DNA of 55,967 nucleotides from a virus (Duplodnaviria > Caudoviricetes): positions 1-55,967 of the IMG/VR virus record IMGVR_UViG_3300034894_000006; one strand, given 5' to 3'. The position numbers and the translations under genes are program-made. The notes under the pieces are model-generated. The model was not told where the DNA came from. It saw only the letters and a program-made list of their open reading frames with translations, and did not search any database. Positions 1 to 5,951 of this stretch are shown here, piece after piece. Positions within the stretch are counted from its first letter, which is position 1. Each line of letters starts with the position of its first letter.

Positions 1-127
1 TTCCTGAGATTGTTTGCGACGATATTCATGGAGATATCCCCTAGCTTCTCAACCGCAAGCCCCGCATTAAGCCCGTTCTACGACATCAAAACCCTCTAGT
101 GCTAAAGCACTCATGTCGCCGCAAGGC
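1..127. repeat. Terminal direct repeat, identical to 55841-55967; probable circular assembly overlap
   Basis: ttcctgagat...gcaaggc occurs at both ends; 127 nt is a common assembler k-mer length. Confidence 0.95.
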
Positions 128-204
128 GGCTAGACGGTACTAGCGCTAATTGGCGTTAGCTGAAGAGGCTGGCAGATTCCAGCCGAAACCTAGAGGGTAA
201 GTAA

Positions 205-1464
205 ATGCGTAATACATTGATCTCAATGGCGATTCTGGCCGGCCTGCGTAACAGCGAACCGGGCACAGAGGCCGCCACGGCGCCCATCTCCGAAACCGCC
301 AAAGTCATCATGTTCAATACGGCTGAGCCCGTTTTGATGGACGACAAGGCTGCGACGGAGCTAAAGGCGCCGATTCCCAAGGACGCGAAGGAAGCTCCGG
401 ACGTGATCGTGGCGAACCGTGAAAGTGCGTGGTGCAAGCTGCAAGCCCGTCGCTTCGACGACGCCAAGGGCTGGGATGTGATCGAGGCCGCGCAGAACAT
501 TACGGCGCAGTTGTCGATTATCCCCCTGGACATCGCACGGTACGTGCAAGGTCTTTACAAGAACGTTCCCACGGTCGGTAAGACCAAGACGGGAAAAAAG
601 ACCAATCCGCAGCACGATAGGCGGCTAGAGAAGTACAGCAACATGTGCAAAATGGTGGGGGAAGAACTCATCAGATTGCACAATATCCCGGAGAATCTGC
701 CGGGTAGTGCAGGCGCGTCCTACACGGCGCGTATGCAATACTTCTCGCGCGGGCAGTACTGGTTGCGCCTCACCTCGGACGTGCGCAAAGCCCTGCAATT
801 CGACTTGGACCTTAACAAGCCGATGATGGGTAGCACTTCGGGAGAGCTGCACTATCAGACGTACCGCGATGTGCTCGTCGGCGCCAATGCGGCGAAAGCC
901 GCGAAGGCAAAGGCCGAAGCCGCCGCGCAAGCCGCAACACCGGAAAGCGAGGAGGAAATCGCAGATGCGCCCGCGACTCCCGGTACGCTGGAAGTCAACG
1001 GTAAGCTCCCGGAAAAGGTCCGTAGTCAATGGAATCGCTTGCACGGTATCGTGCATGGTGCCCAGTACGAAACGGACCCCACCGAGGCCAAGGACAGTGA
1101 TAGCGTTATCAACCTTGGCTCTCGCGTCCTAAGCCACGCTTGTTCCCTGTACGATCACATGCTGGAGGGCATGGTGGGGAACGAGGATATGGACGCCCTC
1201 GCCAAATGGTGGCACGCACGCATCAAAGGCCGTAAGGCGGGAGACATCATGGTGGGCAAGGCCACGAGACCGGCCGACATCGATGTGATCGAAGCCGCAA
1301 AGGCTTTGGGCGCTGAGATCCAAACGCACGAGGCGAACGAGGCCGGAGACCTGGCAGACTTGGAAGCCGCGCAGCTTGCGGCGACCAACGAAGCACCGGA
1401 TACGGACGGTTTGCCCGACGTGGAAACGGGAACGGATGCCCCCGACGCCAGCGTGAACGAGTAA
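205..1464 (+). CDS. Hypothetical protein, 419 aa, Ala/acidic-rich
   Basis: Long ORF with GAGGG SD upstream and a terminator downstream; visibly more GC-rich than most of the genome; no recognised motif. Confidence 0.8.
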   Translation: MRNTLISMAILAGLRNSEPGTEAATAPISETAKVIMFNTAEPVLMDDKAATELKAPIPKDAKEAPDVIVANRESAWCKLQARRFDDAKGWDVIEAAQNITAQLSIIPLDIARYVQGLYKNVPTVGKTKTGKKTNPQHDRRLEKYSNMCKMVGEELIRLHNIPENLPGSAGASYTARMQYFSRGQYWLRLTSDVRKALQFDLDLNKPMMGSTSGELHYQTYRDVLVGANAAKAAKAKAEAAAQAATPESEEEIADAPATPGTLEVNGKLPEKVRSQWNRLHGIVHGAQYETDPTEAKDSDSVINLGSRVLSHACSLYDHMLEGMVGNEDMDALAKWWHARIKGRKAGDIMVGKATRPADIDVIEAAKALGAEIQTHEANEAGDLADLEAAQLAATNEAPDTDGLPDVETGTDAPDASVNE

Positions 1465-1479
1465 ACTGATCTCCCTTTA

Positions 1480-1511
1480 GCCCCCGAGCATGTCTTGGGG
1501 GCTTTTTTTTT
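1480..1511 (+). terminator. Rho-independent terminator
   Basis: gcccccgag-catgt-cttgggggc hairpin followed by a long T run. Confidence 0.9.
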
Positions 1512-1569
1512 GTTCCGAAGAAAGCATTTCCACACTTGAGAATTTCTCGGTTGGGCAGCTTTTTAAGAT

Positions 1570-1599
1570 TTGACAAGTACCCCCATCACATGCTATAAT
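1570..1599 (+). promoter_or_regulatory. Sigma70-type promoter with extended -10
   Basis: TTGACA-18 nt-TATAAT with TGn before the -10. Confidence 0.85.
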
Positions 1600-1921
1600 A
1601 AGAGAGTAGGGAAGCGCCCAAGCAAAGTTCAGTTGAGTTCAGCTAAAGCGCCTTTGATGTTAGCCCTATATAATCAACACTAACCTAACCTTTGATAGAG
1701 AGGTGCTCTATATGCTCACCTAATACCCACTTACCCCACTGACAAAGCTTATTGCGGAATGAGAATGAAGCGCGGTGAACTTTCGGTATAGCTGCGCGAG
1801 TCTTAAGTCAACATGGAACGGTAGGAGAATTTCTCCGCGCTGGTTGAAACCGAACCAATTCAGTTTAGCTAGGCACAGGGAGCCTACTGCCCGTTGTATA
1901 AAGTCGGGCCTAATTTTCTTT

Positions 1922-1992
1922 TGAGTGGCGTAGTTTGCGGATACTTCTAGCCTGTTAAGCTAACCAAAATACCGTAGACGTTTGTTCCCTCA
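1922..1992 (+). ncRNA. Y-RNA-like element Y1 (Ro60-binding stem; GUU anticodon-like hairpin)
   Basis: tgag/ctca and gtttgcgg/ccgtagac stems; tggcgta, tacttc and gtttgttcc motifs shared with five other copies. Confidence 0.75.
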
Positions 1993-2063
1993 CTAGTTCA
2001 ATTCGGAAGTAAAGAGTAGCTGCGCTCGCCAGTCTCCGGAAGCGGGCTGGATTTTCTAATTTC

Positions 2064-2157
2064 TTTTGGGTAGTGATAGTCTTCAGTTACTTCATTAATA
2101 ATGTAATGGTCTGTGCCTGAAATATGGCACTAGCTGAAGGCGCGTGTTCTCCCAAAA
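2064..2157 (+). ncRNA. Y-RNA-like element Y2
   Basis: ttttggg/cccaaaa and gtcttcagtta/tagctgaaggc stems; tacttc and gcgtgttctc motifs; two inner hairpins. Confidence 0.75.
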
Positions 2158-2198
2158 TTTAAGGAAGTGGCTTAGCTATAAGTTCACTTGTAGAAGGT

Positions 2199-2308
2199 GT
2201 GACGCCATCATGCTACATTAACCAGCGCCTCGTTAAGCTAACGAGGGGAAGGATACCGGTTACAGTCGTCAGGAGACCGGAACCCGTTGGGGTTTGTAGT
2301 TAGGTCAC
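2199..2308 (+). ncRNA. Unclassified structured RNA candidate
   Basis: Nested stems gtgac/gtcac, gctaca/tgtagt and ccagcg/cgttgg enclose hairpins cctcgtta/taacgagg and ccggt/accgg; no + strand ORF in the track. Confidence 0.5.
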
Positions 2309-2351
2309 TTCACTTAAATTAGTTTCGGTCGCGCTTTCAAGTAAGCGACTT

Positions 2352-2382
2352 AGCCGCTCTCTTAACGGGGAGCGGCTTTTTT
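2352..2382 (+). terminator. Rho-independent terminator closing the ncRNA region
   Basis: agccgctctc/gggagcggct stem followed by T6. Confidence 0.9.
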
Positions 2383-2395
2383 GTGCCTGAAATAA

Positions 2396-2620
2396 ATGGA
2401 GATAGTGATGAAGTGGTTCACGCCAGTTCGTTTCGCTAACGACCAAACCTACGCATGGTGCAAAACAAAAGAGCGTAGTCACGGGTTACCCGTGTATGCT
2501 CTAAAGAAGCCGGCTACCAAAGACAAAGTTCTTAGTTTTCCTATGCACGGGAATGCTAAGGGCTGTGTTCAAGTAATGGATAATCCCAAAGTTCCCCAAC
2601 CTAGCTCAAAGGAGAGCTAA
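2396..2620 (+). CDS. Hypothetical early protein
   Basis: First ORF of a tightly packed + strand run; start may be the second Met, after GGAG. Confidence 0.6.
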   Translation: MEIVMKWFTPVRFANDQTYAWCKTKERSHGLPVYALKKPATKDKVLSFPMHGNAKGCVQVMDNPKVPQPSSKES

Positions 2621-2621
2621 C

Positions 2622-2834
2622 ATGCCACGCGGTGTTTATACCCGACCCAAAGTTGCTACCGAGACCGAGCAAGCCACTACTAAAGCTCGTGGTGCCAAGG
2701 TGCGCGAAGCTCACAAGCGGAGACGCATCGAGGATGCCCGTGCTCTGTTCGAGGTTGCCAGTGTGAAATACGTGCAAGCGTGCGCGGAACGCGACCAAGC
2801 ATGGGAGGCGCTTAACAAAGCGATGGTGGGATGA
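2622..2834 (+). CDS. Hypothetical basic protein
   Basis: AAGGAG SD; ATGA overlap with the next gene. Confidence 0.75.
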   Translation: MPRGVYTRPKVATETEQATTKARGAKVREAHKRRRIEDARALFEVASVKYVQACAERDQAWEALNKAMVG

Positions 2835-3058
2835 AGCAAAAGAAGCCCCTAGCCAGGTTAATTTTGGTTAGGGGTTTCTTTCACGATGGTTCTCAGTGGC
2901 TAGTCACCACTCCCATAGAGAATCTCTTCGAGGCTGAAGAACAAGCACGGAGGATGCTCAGTGTCCCGGAAATCGATCGCGTGCTTATTACTGACTGGTG
3001 CCTTCGTTCAAGGTCGGATGAGTGGCGTATCGACAGAAGAGTTTTACGAAGGAATTGA
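2831..3058 (+). CDS. Hypothetical protein
   Basis: ATGA coupling to the upstream ORF. Confidence 0.65.
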   Translation: MKQKKPLARLILVRGFFHDGSQWLVTTPIENLFEAEEQARRMLSVPEIDRVLITDWCLRSRSDEWRIDRRVLRRN

Positions 3059-3068
3059 AAAGGACAGT

Positions 3069-3212
3069 ATGATGTACAAGGTAGTTTTTACAAGGAATAG
3101 TAGCCAGTACGTGGTGGAAGTCGGTTCATTTGATGCTATTCAACACGTAGCGGCGGCATTACGCAAGGATGGATGGAGCGTCAAGATCGAGAAACGAAAT
3201 AAGGGGGAGTAG
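3069..3212 (+). CDS. Hypothetical protein (MMYKVVF...)
   Basis: AAGGA SD before an internal ATG of ORF 2961..3212. Confidence 0.55.
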   Translation: MMYKVVFTRNSSQYVVEVGSFDAIQHVAAALRKDGWSVKIEKRNKGE

Positions 3213-3345
3213 TGATTAAGTTCACTTGTACTTCAGGTCCTAATGTTCTTGTGTTCTCAATCAGTTGCAAAATTGCGACTATTATTCTCAAAAATCTGCT
3301 TGAAAAGGCAGGATGGGTCGTAAAAACCACACAGGAGGATACCTA

Positions 3346-3648
3346 ATGTCCGACAAGGTGAAAGAGCCCAAGGCCCCTACACTATTAGATGGCATAACTG
3401 CGCAATTTCATGTGCCTTCTAAGAAGGAAATTGATGGTCTTAGGGTTGGGGATTATGCAAAAGTGGAGGCATTTGCAGGTAAAGGATCTGAACGTTTCTG
3501 GGTGGAGCTTCAGGAGATAGACGGCGCTCACGAAACCTTTACAGGGCGCGTAGATAATGATCTCGTACTTCGTTCTCATAACATCAAAGTCAATGACCTG
3601 ATTACATTCAAGGGGCGCAATATCTTAGCCACCTTGAAGGGAAACTAA
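3346..3648 (+). CDS. DUF2314/YegJ-like protein
   Basis: ERFWVE...FTGRVDND motif; AGGAGG SD before ATG 3346. Confidence 0.65.
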   Translation: MSDKVKEPKAPTLLDGITAQFHVPSKKEIDGLRVGDYAKVEAFAGKGSERFWVELQEIDGAHETFTGRVDNDLVLRSHNIKVNDLITFKGRNILATLKGN

Positions 3649-4045
3649 AGTGATTTTCACCAAAAATGGAGAAAGATTCTTTATCTTTTTTTCTTATTCC
3701 ACCAATAGATATAAGGGGGAATACGTAGCGATGCGAATGTCGGATTCGATATACGACGCTTTTTTTGGGTTAAGCAAAGGGCTGATGCAGTATCAGAAGG
3801 AAATTTAAAATGGCGGGGGCAACTGATCGCGCTACCAAGCGATCCCAAATTGGTAACAGAGTGCAGAGAGGCATCTGGAAGTCAGCCCATGCGTGGAAGC
3901 ATCCTTGGTATCCCGCATTGTGTGCCAGGGTCGCTAAAATCAACTCAGGTGGGTTGAGTGGTGGTAGGCAGGAAGCCAGATTAGACAAGCAAGCGCAGTC
4001 CAAGATTTGGACAGAGCAGAAGCAACGACAAAGGGAGGCTGTGTC

Positions 4046-4237
4046 ATGTCTGGTGTAGTTATCGCTAGATGTAATTGCAAGTCTGAGTATCAGGACCTAG
4101 TGTATGGTCCTAGAATGAGAGTTTTCAATGTGGGTAAAACGCCGGACATAAGGAAATGTACGGTATGTGACCCCATAACAAGAATGAAGAAGTTGGCTAC
4201 GCACGCAGGGATGCACAAAAAGGACGTTCACGGATAA
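4046..4237 (+). CDS. Small Cys-rich (probable Zn-binding) protein
   Basis: GGAGG SD; CNC...CTVC. Confidence 0.6.
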   Translation: MSGVVIARCNCKSEYQDLVYGPRMRVFNVGKTPDIRKCTVCDPITRMKKLATHAGMHKKDVHG

Positions 4238-4243
4238 TCCGCG

Positions 4244-4477
4244 TTGTTCATTTTGGGAGAATTACCCATGCGGCCGGTCCGCGTTATTCTAAACACGCCT
4301 ACAGGCGTGGCACTAATAGAAAATCCCGAGACTGGAGACAGGCAAGCCTACATGGCCTTCATGCCTGCCCCCTTCGGTGAATTACAAGTACAAGAATTCT
4401 CGGAAACTTATCAAACGGCGGAAATACTGGAAGAGGTTCTATCCTCCTTCAGTTCGTTTTATTTTAACTTATTTTAA
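4244..4477 (+). CDS. Hypothetical protein
   Basis: ORF, probably starting at MRPVRV after GGGAG. Confidence 0.55.
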   Translation: MFILGELPMRPVRVILNTPTGVALIENPETGDRQAYMAFMPAPFGELQVQEFSETYQTAEILEEVLSSFSSFYFNLF

Positions 4478-4481
4478 GCCT

Positions 4482-4610
4482 TGGGTGGCGTTGCAAAGGG
4501 TTACTTCGACTGCGAATCGAGAGGTTGTGGGTTCAAGTCCCACTGTAGCCTAAAGGCTATGTAGCTCAATTGGATAGAGCGCTAAAATACCCTTTGCGCC
4601 TGTTCCCCCA
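4482..4610 (+). ncRNA. yrlA: YrlA-type Y RNA (Y3) with circularly permuted tRNA-like domain
   Basis: Ro stem gcaaagggt/accctttgc; T arm gtggg-ttcaagt-cccac; loop-closed acceptor stem tgtagcc-taaa-ggctatg; D arm gctc-aattggata-gagc; TROVE gene nearby. Confidence 0.88.
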
Positions 4611-4640
4611 CTTGTTCGTTCCTAGCTGCTTTTGCAGTTT

Positions 4641-4736
4641 TGGGTAGCGTAGAGTTCAGTTACTTCATTGGTGTATAAGTCCTAGCGGACTTAGGAGGTT
4701 CAAGTCCTTCAGCGGCTGAATTCGTTTGTTCTCCCA
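4641..4736 (+). ncRNA. Y-RNA-like element Y4 with T-arm mimic
   Basis: tggg/ccca and gagttcagtt/ggctgaattc stems; tacttc; inner ggagg-ttcaagt-ccttc. Confidence 0.78.
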
Positions 4737-4942
4737 TTTATGAGAGGTGATTGTATGCGAGGGAAACCAAGGAGATAGCTACCTTATCACCACCTCGACA
4801 GTCTCATATTTATCCGACTCACCGAATCCGTGCCGTATATACGGTAGGTGAGGACGTGTTGGTCCGAGCGTCTGCAATGTATCGGTATCGGGCCTTTTGT
4901 TTGTAGTTTCCTCAACACGTAGCCTAATGGAGGGCTATTCTC

Positions 4943-5491
4943 ATGAAGCTAGCTAATGCAGTTCGTAGAGATCAGATTGATGCGTTGCAAAGATTCATTT
5001 CAGCGCCTCAGCACAAAGCGCTGAATGACTTCAGTGGCACCATAATCAATCTTCGAACAACAATACTGGAGGCAGGATTTAAGAAACCAGGTGACCGCGT
5101 GTTCATGTCTGACAAGGTACCAAAGTTGGCCGTGTGTAACTTAGATGTGCGCCAAACTCTGGTACATATACAGAACGGGCGCCTGCGCTTTATATGCGAC
5201 AATAACGAGGTACTCATGATAAATGTCGCCTTTAGTAATAACAATCTAATTTGGGGAACTGGTACTCCATTGCCTCCTAAAGAGATGACTGAGCACGTTC
5301 CGCAAATTAGGGGGGCCAGGCCGCCGCTAATTCTTTTCGAATCTGGAGAATGGGTTTCTACGGGGCGAGTGTCCCCGCCTGTAGAAGATCCAGCCCTCAT
5401 TCAGCATCTGGTGGGGGATCTGTGGGGGGTGCTGTACACTTGGGAATTAACTCCGTTGGAGAAAGAAGCGCTGCGCGCTATCGGAGTGTGA
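4943..5491 (+). CDS. Hypothetical protein, 182 aa, between Y RNA pairs
   Basis: GGAGG SD; C-terminal DPALIQHLVGDLW..YTWELTPLE block. Confidence 0.8.
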   Translation: MKLANAVRRDQIDALQRFISAPQHKALNDFSGTIINLRTTILEAGFKKPGDRVFMSDKVPKLAVCNLDVRQTLVHIQNGRLRFICDNNEVLMINVAFSNNNLIWGTGTPLPPKEMTEHVPQIRGARPPLILFESGEWVSTGRVSPPVEDPALIQHLVGDLWGVLYTWELTPLEKEALRAIGV

Positions 5492-5492
5492 T

Positions 5493-5759
5493 ATGAGATT
5501 TCTTTGGTTTATACGCCAGTTCTTTGTTTGGGGTATCTTAGGTGTTATCACGGGTTACTTGACTACTGGAATTTGTTTTGCTGTTTGGTTGGCGTATACT
5601 AACTTGGGATTAATTACTACTGCTATGCTCTTTGGAACTGCCGCCATGATTATCGGATTTATAGTTGTAGCAATAATTGAAGGCAACAGACCTGATTTTT
5701 TTAAGCGGCACCGAAGAGTAAACCAAAATCACATAGAACATCGTCACGAACATTTTTAG
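5493..5759 (+). CDS. Membrane protein with two TM helices
   Basis: GGAG SD; two hydrophobic segments and a basic His-rich tail. Confidence 0.75.
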   Translation: MRFLWFIRQFFVWGILGVITGYLTTGICFAVWLAYTNLGLITTAMLFGTAAMIIGFIVVAIIEGNRPDFFKRHRRVNQNHIEHRHEHF

Positions 5760-5765
5760 TTAAAC

Positions 5766-5837
5766 TTTGCCTGGTGAAGTTTAGGGTTACTTCTATTTGT
5801 TATGGAAACCAATACCCTAGACGCTTGTTCCGGCAAA
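5766..5837 (+). ncRNA. Minimal Y-RNA-like element Y5
   Basis: tttgcc/ggcaaa and gtttagggt/accctagac stems; tggtgaag, tacttc and gcttgttcc motifs. Confidence 0.8.
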
Positions 5838-5846
5838 TATTCGTTT

Positions 5847-5911
5847 TGAGTGGTGTAGATCTCAGTTACTTCAATGAAAATGATAAAATACTGAGATCGC
5901 TTGTTCCCTTA
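5847..5911 (+). ncRNA. Minimal Y-RNA-like element Y6
   Basis: tgag/ctta and gatctcagt/actgagatc stems; tggtgtag, tacttc and gcttgttcc motifs; directly upstream of the Ro60 gene. Confidence 0.8.
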
Positions 5912-5951
5912 TTAGCGCGAAGCGCGCATGTCGTCTTCGATAGGAGTTTTT

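Noticed and set aside
2244-2280. Cobalamin riboswitch (ggggaagg...gtcaggagacc) or twister ribozyme (ccggttaca)
   Set aside because: Only fragments match; the GCCACUG core and the twister pseudoknot partners are missing.
4527-4580. Conventional tRNA gene
   Set aside because: The arms are permuted, the acceptor stem is loop-closed and there is no CCA; it is the YrlA domain.
4857-4900. gttggtccgag resembling the 5' end of vertebrate Y RNA
   Set aside because: No UUGAC-type 3' strand follows; it pairs locally with tcgggcc before a U-rich run, like a terminator.
1922-5911. Y-like repeats as a CRISPR array
   Set aside because: Copies are dispersed, differ in sequence while keeping pairing, have no regular spacers, and no cas genes are present.
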